A stretch of DNA of 25,673 nt. Origin: a virus (Duplodnaviria > Caudoviricetes). The position numbers were made by a program, and so were the translations under genes. The stretch's first letter is position 1, and each line of letters starts with the position of its first letter. Shown in pieces: positions 8,571 through 17,164 of the stretch. Below the pieces are notes generated by a model. It did no database searches. It was not told the origin of the DNA and saw nothing but the letters and a program-made list of their open reading frames with translations. The stretch spans positions 1 to 25,673 of the IMG/VR virus record IMGVR_UViG_3300025653_004941; one strand, given 5' to 3'.

Positions 8571-8977
8571 AAGAACAGGCAAATAAAGGCAGTAAGATGA
8601 TATGGGTAACATTCCGTAAGGAAGGCATCCACAAGTATCCCGCGGCACTGGACGATCCAAAACTGGCGACGGGTGATGAGTATGATGTCAGTTTCCTGGG
8701 ACACCCACACAGACACATATTCCATTTCAAGGTTGCTATAGAAGTGTTCCACGATGACAGAGACATAGAATTCATACAGTTCAAGAGATGGATGGAGAAC
8801 ATGTACGCGGACGGCACGATGAAACTGGATTACAAGAGCTGTGAGATGATATCCGATGATCTATATGTGGCGATCGCAAAGAGATATCCAGGCAGGAAGA
8901 TCGAGATAGACGTGAGCGAGGATGGCGAGAATGGAAGCCACGCAGTTTACGAAAAACCAGTGATGGGTGGAATATAA
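8537..8977 (+). CDS. dpdL: QueD/PTPS-like T-fold paralog with LxxxHRHxF (DpdL-like, putative CDG decarboxylase)
   Basis: EGIH, LGHPHRHIF (8696-8722), SCE and VSED match the QueD layout but lack CxxxHGH. Start at ATG 8537 after AGGAG (8527-8531). Confidence 0.65.
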   Translation: MDTEHQHDQALKEQANKGSKMIWVTFRKEGIHKYPAALDDPKLATGDEYDVSFLGHPHRHIFHFKVAIEVFHDDRDIEFIQFKRWMENMYADGTMKLDYKSCEMISDDLYVAIAKRYPGRKIEIDVSEDGENGSHAVYEKPVMGGI

Positions 8978-9303
8978 TGAAAGAAGTACAGATCAAAGAA
9001 AAACGAGCGACCACGAGGATGGGACACCTGCCCATAGAGGGTGGTGGACTTAATGCGGGTTACGACACTGTTGACGCAGTGGCCAACATCTGCACCACGG
9101 CGGGCAACCTCGGAATGAAGTACGGCAAGGACTTCATATGGTCACACACAGGATTCAGTGATGATGATGCAATGGACGACACGATAACACTGTTAGTCAA
9201 GGACGACAAGTACGAGTCTTTCCTGCATCTGGCATTACAGAATACACACAAGATAAAACACACAAACGACGGTACAATCAAACTAATCAAGGAGAGAAGA
9301 TAA
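8977..9303 (+). CDS. Hypothetical protein
   Basis: 108 aa, TAATG-coupled on both sides; no recognisable motif. Confidence 0.7.
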   Translation: MKEVQIKEKRATTRMGHLPIEGGGLNAGYDTVDAVANICTTAGNLGMKYGKDFIWSHTGFSDDDAMDDTITLLVKDDKYESFLHLALQNTHKIKHTNDGTIKLIKERR

Positions 9304-9725
9304 TGGACCTAAAAGAAAGTAAAACAGCAGAAAACCTTAAAGACGCTTTCGCGGGAGAAAGCCAAGCAAACAGAAGATACCTGTACTTCGCACAGAAGGC
9401 CGACATAGAAGGAGCACCAGACGTTGCGGCGGTGTTCAGAAGCACAGCGGAAGGTGAAACAGGACACGCACACGGACACCTGGAGTACCTAGAAGAAGTT
9501 GGAGATCCAGCAACAGGTGAAAAGATGGGTGAAACAGAAGACAACCTTAAATCTGCCATCGCAGGCGAGACGCACGAGTACACAGACATGTACCCGGGCA
9601 TGGCTAGAACTGCCAGAGAAGAAGGCTTCGAGGAGATCGCTGACTGGTTCGAGACACTAGCCAAGGCCGAGAAGTCACACGCGGGTAAATTCCAGAGAAC
9701 GCTAGATGCGTACAAAGGAGCATAA
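9303..9725 (+). CDS. rbr: Rubrerythrin (short form, no rubredoxin domain)
   Basis: [21 protein letters not shown] and EKSH di-iron ligands. Confidence 0.93.
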   Translation: MDLKESKTAENLKDAFAGESQANRRYLYFAQKADIEGAPDVAAVFRSTAEGETGHAHGHLEYLEEVGDPATGEKMGETEDNLKSAIAGETHEYTDMYPGMARTAREEGFEEIADWFETLAKAEKSHAGKFQRTLDAYKGA

Positions 9726-10255
9726 TGAGAGTACCATACACTAACTTTAAAACAAGAACAGGCGACGATACTGCAATTGGCGGTTGCGGATTCATAGGCG
9801 GTGAATGGAAAGATTTAGACACAGCAGAAATTTTCGATAACAAGAAGGTCGTTGTGTTTGCACTACCCGGAGCATTCACACCAACTTGTAGTTCACAACA
9901 ACTACCAGGATACGAAGAAATGTATGATGAGTTCAAGGCACAAGGCATAGACGAAGTATATTGCTTGTCAGTAAATGATGCATTTGTAATGAACGCATGG
10001 TTCAAGAATCAGGACATTAAAAAAGTCAAACCACTTGGTGATGGCGAAGGCGTTTTCACACAAGGAGCAGGGTTCCTTGTAAGCAAACCAGCACAGGGGT
10101 TTGGCATGAGATCTTGGAGATACTCAATGCTAGTTGACAATGGCGAGATAATCAAACAGTTTGTTGAAGAAGGACAAAACAACTCAAGTGATGACAATGA
10201 TCCGTTTGAAGTGTCAGACGCAAAAACAATGCTTGATTTTGTAAAAAGTAGATAA
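9725..10255 (+). CDS. Peroxiredoxin, Prx5-type
   Basis: [10 protein letters not shown] active site, [15 protein letters not shown]. Confidence 0.93.
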   Translation: MRVPYTNFKTRTGDDTAIGGCGFIGGEWKDLDTAEIFDNKKVVVFALPGAFTPTCSSQQLPGYEEMYDEFKAQGIDEVYCLSVNDAFVMNAWFKNQDIKKVKPLGDGEGVFTQGAGFLVSKPAQGFGMRSWRYSMLVDNGEIIKQFVEEGQNNSSDDNDPFEVSDAKTMLDFVKSR

Positions 10256-10575
10256 TGTATAAACCACTGCCAGACGGATTAACTATAAAAGATTCTGAAT
10301 TGCAAGGATTAGGATTATTTGCTACGCAAGGTTTCGATGCTGATGTGGTATTAGGAATAGTACACATCAAGAATAAAAATTTTCCACATGGAGCAATCAG
10401 AACGGCCTTGGGTGCATTTTACAACCATTCAGACAACCCCAACTGTAAGAATGTTGCAGGTTTTTGGCATCAATTGCCTGTGAAGTACCTAATTACAACT
10501 AAACCCATTAAAGAAGGAGAAGAACTAACAGCGGCGTACACTTTGTACAAAGATTTTAATGACAAGTGGGAATAG
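10255..10575 (+). CDS. Minimal SET-domain protein (lysine methyltransferase fold)
   Basis: SELQGLGLFAT, FYNHSDNPN, IKEGEELTAAY. Confidence 0.85.
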   Translation: MYKPLPDGLTIKDSELQGLGLFATQGFDADVVLGIVHIKNKNFPHGAIRTALGAFYNHSDNPNCKNVAGFWHQLPVKYLITTKPIKEGEELTAAYTLYKDFNDKWE

Positions 10576-10587
10576 ATCTGTTATACT
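10559..10587 (+). promoter_or_regulatory. sigma70 extended -10 promoter, probably leaderless
   Basis: ATGACA (10559-10564), 17-nt spacer, TG-n-TATACT (10582-10587); ATG at 10594; no SD. Confidence 0.7.
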
Positions 10588-10593
10588 GATACT

Positions 10594-11763
10594 ATGAAAA
10601 TATTTTACATGGGCCTAGAGCCATACGAAGGCAGATACACATTACAGTTGCAGGACTGGACTGAACGTGCATACAAGAAAAGAGGAATAGATTACGTTGT
10701 GGTACCAGGTACGACAATAGACGACACAAAAGCAATCAGTGTAGGACAGGTACTTGACGCACACGGAAGATCATACTTTGGTATGAGCCAGATGATGAAT
10801 CTTGTACAGATGATGCGTAATGGTGAGGTAACGAAGAACGACATCATATTCTTTGAAGACATGTTCCAGCCAGGCATGGAATCATTGCCTTACATATTGA
10901 ATCAAGTAGAAGCGAAACACAGACCAACGATATACCTGAGATGTCTTGCACAGGCCATAGACCCAGATGACTTCGTGCATGTATGGGGCATGAGCAAGTG
11001 GATGAGCATGTATGAACAGATGTGCAACGAAATTCCCAATGTCAACATACTTGCAACTAACGAAGAGATGGTGGCACACATGAGGATAGCAAATTGGTCA
11101 GCACCAATATACAACATATCAGGATTGAGCTTTGGCAAGGAAGAAGTACAGAGTAGAGTACCAGACAGGAAGCCTTTCATAGAAAGGAAACAGAGAGTGA
11201 TTTTTGGAGCGAGATGGGATCAAGAGAAACAGCCACAGTTCTACATGGAACTGGCCGCTAAATTCAAGGAGACACATCCGGATGTTGAATTCGCGATATG
11301 TCAAGGTGGACCTCTGAGATCCAACAACGACTACTACGTGAAAGAAGCAAAATATCTTGAGAAGCAAGGCATATTGACAATACATGAGAACTTGAAGAAG
11401 AACGAGTACTACGAACTACTCGCAGACTCGAGGGTGATGTTCAACTGTGCTTTACAGGACTGGGTGTCAAACACAGTGAGTGAAGCAGACGCAATGGGTT
11501 GCAACACCCTGTTTCCGGCATACAGATCATTCCCGGAGACGTTCGCAAATGACCACACGAGGATGTATGTTCCATGGTCGCAACAAGACGCAATGGAAAA
11601 ACTAGAAGTATTATTAAGCAAACCATCCCCTAGTATAGGCAAGATTTCTGACTGGACCGACGGTACCATAGACAGGATGATTGACATTATGACAGGCAAG
11701 GGAGAACAATGGAGAAGAGATGGAAGACACTACAGGACACCAGTTTCAGAAGCCAAGTATTAA
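10594..11763 (+). CDS. GT-B fold (GT4-like) glycosyltransferase
   Basis: VIFGARWDQEKQP, EYYELLADSRV, and QDWVSNTVSEA (a variant of the ExxGxxxxEA motif). Confidence 0.75.
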   Translation: MKIFYMGLEPYEGRYTLQLQDWTERAYKKRGIDYVVVPGTTIDDTKAISVGQVLDAHGRSYFGMSQMMNLVQMMRNGEVTKNDIIFFEDMFQPGMESLPYILNQVEAKHRPTIYLRCLAQAIDPDDFVHVWGMSKWMSMYEQMCNEIPNVNILATNEEMVAHMRIANWSAPIYNISGLSFGKEEVQSRVPDRKPFIERKQRVIFGARWDQEKQPQFYMELAAKFKETHPDVEFAICQGGPLRSNNDYYVKEAKYLEKQGILTIHENLKKNEYYELLADSRVMFNCALQDWVSNTVSEADAMGCNTLFPAYRSFPETFANDHTRMYVPWSQQDAMEKLEVLLSKPSPSIGKISDWTDGTIDRMIDIMTGKGEQWRRDGRHYRTPVSEAKY

Positions 11764-12751
11764 AGGCGTAAGTAAAGCAGTGCTAGTCACGGGCGGTGCC
11801 GGTTATGTTGGCTCACACACGTGTAAACTGCTTGCCATTAATGGATTCACACCAGTCACGGTAGATAGGCACTTCAGAGAAGGTCTGAAGTCATTTGGAC
11901 CAAACTACAATTTAAACCTCCCACAGGAGATGGACAGGATTGACGAGATCGTCAAAAGGTACAACATTACCAGTTGCATACATTTCGCGGGTAGCACCAG
12001 TGTACCTGAGAGTGTTGCCAATCCTTCATTGTATTACAAGAACAATTTGATCATGACCATATCATTACTGGACAAACTGATCGAGTGTGGGGTCAAAACT
12101 TTCGTTTACAGTTCCAGTGCGGCCACTTACGGTGATCCAGGAATGCAGTTGGCCATGGAGTCAGACGTTGCCAATCCAATCAGTGCATACGGTGGTAGCA
12201 AACTGATGATAGAGATGGTGTGTAAGGATTACCTGAGGGCATATGGATTGTCCAGTGTGGGTTTGAGATATTTCAATGCCGCTGGTGCAGATCCAGAAGG
12301 CGAAGTTGGAGAGCTACGAGAGAAAGAGACACACATCATACCACTGGCCATAACGGCCGCCAAGCAAGGCAAAACATTCAAGATATTTGGTGACAAGTAT
12401 CCAACAGATGACGGAACATGTGTAAGGGATTACGTGCATGTGATGGATTTGGCAGACGCACACATAAAAGCATTGAATCACGCTTCAAAGAATCCAGTGG
12501 CGGAGGTGTTCAACTTGGGTTCAGGAGAACCTTCTTCCAACAAGCAGTTGATAGAAGCAGTGCAGAAACACGCAGGTGAGATGAAGGTGGAGATGCATGA
12601 CAACAGACCTGGAGATCCAGCATATCTAGTGGCGGACACCAGCAAGGTGAAGGAAATTTTAGAGTGGGAGCCCACACAGAGCAGTCTTGACAACGTGGTG
12701 GCAACTGCTGTACAATGGTATAACAAGACGCACAAAAAGGATATACAATAA
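11720..12751 (+). CDS. galE: UDP-glucose 4-epimerase
   Basis: VTGGAGYVGSH, HFAG, SSSAATYG, YGGSK, LRYFNAAG, DGTCVRDYVHV. Confidence 0.93.
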   Translation: MEDTTGHQFQKPSIKGVSKAVLVTGGAGYVGSHTCKLLAINGFTPVTVDRHFREGLKSFGPNYNLNLPQEMDRIDEIVKRYNITSCIHFAGSTSVPESVANPSLYYKNNLIMTISLLDKLIECGVKTFVYSSSAATYGDPGMQLAMESDVANPISAYGGSKLMIEMVCKDYLRAYGLSSVGLRYFNAAGADPEGEVGELREKETHIIPLAITAAKQGKTFKIFGDKYPTDDGTCVRDYVHVMDLADAHIKALNHASKNPVAEVFNLGSGEPSSNKQLIEAVQKHAGEMKVEMHDNRPGDPAYLVADTSKVKEILEWEPTQSSLDNVVATAVQWYNKTHKKDIQ

Positions 12752-13464
12752 TGAGTGAAGACATTTTAAAAGACAGTTGGGTACCAGAAGGCCCTGTTAG
12801 TAAAAAGATCAAAGACAGGATAAAGAAAGCAGGCAAGAGATTCCATTCCAATGACAACATCTCTGAATTCATAGAAGAAGGAGAGATGGATCTGCTACAG
12901 GCAGAGGTACAGGAGAAACTGCAGGGTGTGTTAGACAGTCTTGTGATCGACACAGAAAACGATCACAACACACAGGAGACTGCGAAGCGTGTGGCCAAGA
13001 TGTACATCAGAGAAACTTTTGGTGGTAGATTCAAGCCAGCACCGAGGGTCACAAGTTTTCCCAACATGGGGTACAAGAGCATGTACACCAGTGGACCAAT
13101 ATCGATCAGGTCAACCTGTGCCCACCACTTCCAGAACATTGTGGGTAGAGCATGGGTAGGTATCATTCCAAATGGTGAGGTGATAGGATTGAGTAAATTC
13201 AACAGGATAGTACATCACATAGTGGAGAGACCCCAGATACAGGAAGAAATGACAACACAGATTGCCGAAGAATTGAAGAAATACGCAAAGACAGAAAATC
13301 TTGCAGTGGTAGTAAAAGCAGAACACCATTGTATGACACACAGAGGTGTGAGAGAACATGAGTCGGACATGACAACTGCAATCATGTTGGGTGCTTTCAA
13401 AGAAGATCCTGCTACAAGGGATGAATTCTACAAAATCTGTATGAGCATGAAGGGTCATGACTAA
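12751..13464 (+). CDS. folE: GTP cyclohydrolase I
   Basis: ETAKRVAKMY, STCAHH, GLSKFNR, RPQIQE, AEHHCMTHRG. Confidence 0.95.
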   Translation: MSEDILKDSWVPEGPVSKKIKDRIKKAGKRFHSNDNISEFIEEGEMDLLQAEVQEKLQGVLDSLVIDTENDHNTQETAKRVAKMYIRETFGGRFKPAPRVTSFPNMGYKSMYTSGPISIRSTCAHHFQNIVGRAWVGIIPNGEVIGLSKFNRIVHHIVERPQIQEEMTTQIAEELKKYAKTENLAVVVKAEHHCMTHRGVREHESDMTTAIMLGAFKEDPATRDEFYKICMSMKGHD

Positions 13465-13762
13465 GAAGACTAAAGAACAAATTAAAAAACAACAAGCAAA
13501 CATGCAATCTGACAACATGGAAATGGCCGGTTGGAGTGAAGGACTAACAACAGGTGGCGTTGTAGAGACAGCGACAGTGGATTTTGATTCACCGGATACT
13601 GGCTTCTCATACAGTTATGGAGATCTTGGCGACATGGGACAGTTGGATCTGTTTGACGAGATGGACTTGAGGGACAAGTACCCTGCATTGAACCAGGCAT
13701 GGGAACACTACCAGAGTGTGTTAGAAGTTTGTAAAACAAAGGAAAAAGAAGATGAGAATTAA
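13457..13762 (+). CDS. Acidic hypothetical protein with a QLDLF motif
   Basis: 101 aa; acidic, probably disordered middle; C-terminal helix KYPALNQAWEHY; overlaps both neighbours. Confidence 0.65.
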   Translation: MTKKTKEQIKKQQANMQSDNMEMAGWSEGLTTGGVVETATVDFDSPDTGFSYSYGDLGDMGQLDLFDEMDLRDKYPALNQAWEHYQSVLEVCKTKEKEDEN

Positions 13763-14801
13763 TACGGAACCTAAACTCAATTTCGAGGACGTGTTGCTAC
13801 AGCCAAAACGTTCAACACTGTCTAGCAGGCGAGATGTTGACATGACTCGTAAGTTCACGTTCCGCAATTCAGGTAAGGTCATGGATTTCCTTCCCATATT
13901 CGCAAGTAACATGGATGGTGTTGGCACATTCTCAATGGCCAAGGAAATGCAGAAGCACAAGATGATGACCGTTATAACAAAGACCACAACACCAGAACAA
14001 TGGAAAGAGGCCGCAGGCACAGGATTGAGAATGCAGTCAGTGTCAGTGTGTACGGGAACCAATGTTATGTGGGATCCGGAAGCACCTGATTGGGCGACCA
14101 TGAATAAAGTTTTAGAAATGTTCCCAGATGTCAAGATGATCACTGTTGATGTTGCAAACGCATATCATCAGAACATGGTGGACTTCATTAAAAAAGTAAG
14201 AGACGAATATCCAGACAAAGTCATCATAGCAGGAAACGTGGTCACACCTGAGATGACAGAAGAATTGATTATAAATGGTGCTGACGTGGTCAAGATAGGT
14301 ATTGGTCCAGGTTCTGTATGCACCACAAGAACAATGACTGGCGTTGGTGTACCACAGTTCTCGGCGATAGTTGACTGTTCAGATGCCGCGAACGGTGTTG
14401 GCGGACACATAATGGCAGACGGTGGTTGTGTGTATCCAGGAGACATAGCAAAAGCATTTGGTGGAGGAGCCCACATGGTCATGATAGGTGGTATGTTGGC
14501 AGGACACGACGAGTCAGAACAGCCAGTTGTTGATGGCAAGATAGAATTCTATGGCATGAGCTCAGACAGGGCTCGTGAGAAACACGGCAAACGCAAGGAC
14601 GGATACAGAGGCAACGAGGGTAGATTGATATCTTTGCCTCATCGTGGACCGGTTGGACCAACCTTGGAAGACATACTGGGTGGAGTCAGGAGTGCCTGCA
14701 CATACATAGGTGCGAGAAGACTCAAAGACATGGCCAAGTGTGCAAGTTTCGTCACAACCAACAACGTGATCAACAGGGTCTATGAGCGATACACCAAATA
14801 A
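13752..14801 (+). CDS. guaC: GMP reductase
   Basis: DVLLQPKRSTLSSR, ASNMDGVG, VDVANAY, KIGIGPGSVCTTR, ADGGC, FYGMSS; no CBS domains. Confidence 0.93.
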   Translation: MRINTEPKLNFEDVLLQPKRSTLSSRRDVDMTRKFTFRNSGKVMDFLPIFASNMDGVGTFSMAKEMQKHKMMTVITKTTTPEQWKEAAGTGLRMQSVSVCTGTNVMWDPEAPDWATMNKVLEMFPDVKMITVDVANAYHQNMVDFIKKVRDEYPDKVIIAGNVVTPEMTEELIINGADVVKIGIGPGSVCTTRTMTGVGVPQFSAIVDCSDAANGVGGHIMADGGCVYPGDIAKAFGGGAHMVMIGGMLAGHDESEQPVVDGKIEFYGMSSDRAREKHGKRKDGYRGNEGRLISLPHRGPVGPTLEDILGGVRSACTYIGARRLKDMAKCASFVTTNNVINRVYERYTK

Positions 14802-15114
14802 CATAGAGCCAATCAAGGAGAAACTGGACGACAAGATCAAGAAGTTGAATTCTTCAAGGGTGATCAAGAAAGTGACACCCAAGGGAGACCTGTCTTGGTA
14901 CGTGAAATGGGTTTCGGTGTTCTTTATATTAGTAGCGACAGCGGCCAGGAGTGTGGGCACAATACCACACATCGACATGTGGTTTGGTCTAGTAGGCACA
15001 GTGGGTTGGGCATGGGTTGGATACCTATGGCACGACAGGGCACTGTTGTTCCTGAATGCAATACTGGTCACACTATTGATCATAGGATTAATGAATTATT
15101 ATTTTGGGATATGA
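14782..15114 (+). CDS. Small membrane protein (about 3 TM)
   Basis: WYVKW followed by hydrophobic helices and WHDRAL. Confidence 0.7.
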   Translation: MSDTPNNIEPIKEKLDDKIKKLNSSRVIKKVTPKGDLSWYVKWVSVFFILVATAARSVGTIPHIDMWFGLVGTVGWAWVGYLWHDRALLFLNAILVTLLIIGLMNYYFGI

Positions 15115-15575
15115 GCGAAGAAGTTAAGAAGAATTATTTCACCACAGGACAGATGCGTAACGCACTGATCCAGATCGAAGACAAGATGGTGCACAGCAAC
15201 TGGATGCCAAGCATCATACTGGGCATCAACAGGGGTGGTTGCATACCTGGTGTGTACCTGTCGCACAGACTCAAGACAGCTCATGAAGTACTTGACGTGA
15301 GACTTAGGGATCACACCGCCAAACCTGACCTGCGTGTTTTAGAAAAGGCATTCGCATTCCAGAAGAAGATATTGATCATAGACGACATCAACGATTCCGG
15401 GGCAACGTTCCAGTACATACTGGACAACTTCGGCAAACGTGAAGACAGGATAAGATTCGCCGCACTGATCAACAACAAACCCAGCCGGGTCAAAGTAGAT
15501 TACCACGGTTACGAGATAAACAAGGACGAAGTGCCTAGTTGGATCGTATTCCCATGGGAAGAGTGGGACAAGTAG
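15111..15575 (+). CDS. Type I purine phosphoribosyltransferase (xanthine-guanine PRT-like)
   Basis: LGINRGG, PRPP loop ILIIDDINDSGAT, WIVFPWE; start set at the ATGA overlap at 15111. Confidence 0.88.
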   Translation: MSEEVKKNYFTTGQMRNALIQIEDKMVHSNWMPSIILGINRGGCIPGVYLSHRLKTAHEVLDVRLRDHTAKPDLRVLEKAFAFQKKILIIDDINDSGATFQYILDNFGKREDRIRFAALINNKPSRVKVDYHGYEINKDEVPSWIVFPWEEWDK

Positions 15576-15588
15576 ACCAAAGGTTGTA

Positions 15589-15617
15589 TTGACCTTATTC
15601 CAATATACTGCTACAAT
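15589..15617 (+). promoter_or_regulatory. sigma70 extended -10 promoter
   Basis: TTGACC (15589-15594), 17-nt spacer, TG-n-TACAAT (15612-15617); AGGAG at 15641-15645. Confidence 0.75.
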
Positions 15618-15650
15618 TACAGACATTTAAATTAACCTATAGGAGATTAA

Positions 15651-16259
15651 ATGTTCAAAAACGTAGACAAATCAATGCTGATGAAACTGGTGTTACTACA
15701 TGTTGTAGTGATCACAGTTTCAAATGCGTTAGTGGCCATTCCAGTTGAAATATTTGGAATTAAATTAACGTGGGCGGCATTCACATTCCCATTAGTTGTT
15801 ATAGCAACTGACTTGACTGTAAGACTTTTGGGCAAACACATAGCCAGAGCCACAATCGCGGCGGCATATCCATTAGCAATAATTGGATCCATCGCAGTAG
15901 TGTTGGCGGAAGGCGCACCACAATCGGTTGCATTAAGGATTGGTTTCGCAAGTGCCACTGCTTACGCGATCGGCACTTTGCTTGACGTGTATGTATTCCA
16001 GTACATCAGGGAATCAAAGACGTACGGCAAGAACTGGTGGATGGCTCCAGCGGTATCAACAATCGCGGCCAACATAATCGACACTTACACATTCTTTGCA
16101 GTTGCATTTAACAACAGCGCCGACGAGTACATGGCGGCGAACTGGGTTGAGATCGCGGGATCGCAAGTGGTGTTGAAAATCATAGTGGGATTGGTTGTGT
16201 TCTTACCAGCATACGGATTATTGCTGAACAGACTACAGAAGACCTACAAACTCAAATAA
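15651..16259 (+). CDS. yhhQ: Queuosine-precursor (preQ0/preQ1) transporter, VUT family
   Basis: SNALV, TWAAFTFP, ATDLTVRLLG, LDVYVF, IDTYTFFAVAF; about 6 TM. Confidence 0.9.
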   Translation: MFKNVDKSMLMKLVLLHVVVITVSNALVAIPVEIFGIKLTWAAFTFPLVVIATDLTVRLLGKHIARATIAAAYPLAIIGSIAVVLAEGAPQSVALRIGFASATAYAIGTLLDVYVFQYIRESKTYGKNWWMAPAVSTIAANIIDTYTFFAVAFNNSADEYMAANWVEIAGSQVVLKIIVGLVVFLPAYGLLLNRLQKTYKLK

Positions 16260-16265
16260 TCTCTA

Positions 16266-16285
16266 GGGGGAGTTTTTGCTCCCCC
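16266..16285 (+). terminator. GC-rich hairpin (possible terminator or processing stem)
   Basis: GGGGGAG / TTTTTG loop / CTCCCCC just after the yhhQ stop; no U-tract follows. Confidence 0.4.
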
Positions 16286-16287
16286 CA

Positions 16288-16317
16288 TTGACAACTCATC
16301 TAAATATCCTATATAAT
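16288..16317 (+). promoter_or_regulatory. sigma70 promoter with CTAAATA in the spacer
   Basis: TTGACA (16288-16293), 18-nt spacer, TATAAT (16312-16317); CTAAATA at 16300-16306. Confidence 0.75.
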
Positions 16318-16341
16318 ATTGAATAGGAAGGTACAAAATTT

Positions 16342-16737
16342 ATGTCAAACAAAGCAGGAAAAATCTGGGGCGAAACAGAACTTATATTAGCAAACAATTC
16401 ACTGGAGTTCCACAGGATAGATTACAAGAAAGGTGGGGTGTGCTCCAAGCACCTGCACGAATGGAAGTGGAACGGGTTCTATGTGATGAGCGGACAGATG
16501 AAGATCCGTGTGTGGCAGAAGGACTACGACCTAGTAGACGAAACAATATTGAATCCAGGAGACTTCACTGCTGTGAAGCCTGGTTTATATCATTCATTCG
16601 AAGGACTGGAGGACGGAGTCGCCTTTGAACTTTACTGGGCGAATTTCTCCGTGCATGATATTAAAAGAGAATCGGTCGGACATCTCAAAGATGTTGACAA
16701 TAAAGTTGTGAGGCTGGACAAGAACAAGAAAAAATAA
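16342..16737 (+). CDS. Cupin-domain protein (sugar isomerase-like)
   Basis: KIWG, CSKHLH...FYVMSG, LNPGDFTAVKPGLYHSF cupin motifs. Confidence 0.8.
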   Translation: MSNKAGKIWGETELILANNSLEFHRIDYKKGGVCSKHLHEWKWNGFYVMSGQMKIRVWQKDYDLVDETILNPGDFTAVKPGLYHSFEGLEDGVAFELYWANFSVHDIKRESVGHLKDVDNKVVRLDKNKKK

Positions 16738-16738
16738 G

Positions 16739-17164
16739 GTGAACATATACACAATATACGCTGATCACAAAGAAAACATCTCGGCTCTCAATTTTGTTAG
16801 AAAGATGAGTTTATTCCTGGACGCCCTTGTGCTACACAAAAAAATGGTGTGTTACAGGATCACCAGGATGAAACTGGGATTCAGATCCATGGACTTACCA
16901 GAATTCAGGATCGATATGGAGTTCGAATCAATGCAACAACTCGACGACGCCATGGAAATTACCATGTCAGATAAGGGTGTTGACAAGACACACGTTGGAT
17001 TCAATCAATACGTGGACAAGGACACAATACAGCATTTCCTTTACCGTGATTATCCAGATGATCTAAATAAACCAAAGTTGACTGAAAAACAAAATCCATA
17101 TACAATAGACGAAGTAGTCAAGGCAACAAAAAATATAGATCCGGAAATATGGAACAAGGGTTAG
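16739..17164 (+). CDS. Hypothetical protein (possible alpha+beta barrel, DUF6614-like)
   Basis: GTG start right after the cupin stop; YRITRMKLG...EFRIDMEF...QLDDA. Confidence 0.6.
   Translation: MNIYTIYADHKENISALNFVRKMSLFLDALVLHKKMVCYRITRMKLGFRSMDLPEFRIDMEFESMQQLDDAMEITMSDKGVDKTHVGFNQYVDKDTIQHFLYRDYPDDLNKPKLTEKQNPYTIDEVVKATKNIDPEIWNKG

Noticed and set aside
8447-8977. Calling this ORF canonical queD starting at 8447
   Set aside because: It has no CxxxHGH motif, and the SD supports ATG 8537.
13752-14801. IMP dehydrogenase (guaB)
   Set aside because: PKRSTLSSR, VDVANAY and GPGSVCTTR, with no CBS domains, fit GMP reductase better.
14895-15110. N-terminal extension of the PRTase (likewise the extensions at 4704, 22150, 24662 and 25018)
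   Set aside because: They overlap upstream genes or the SD; internal ATGs with SD or stop/start coupling fit better.
15618-15650. preQ1 riboswitch upstream of yhhQ
   Set aside because: The predicted leader is under 30 nt and lacks the P1 stem and A-rich tail of preQ1-I aptamers.
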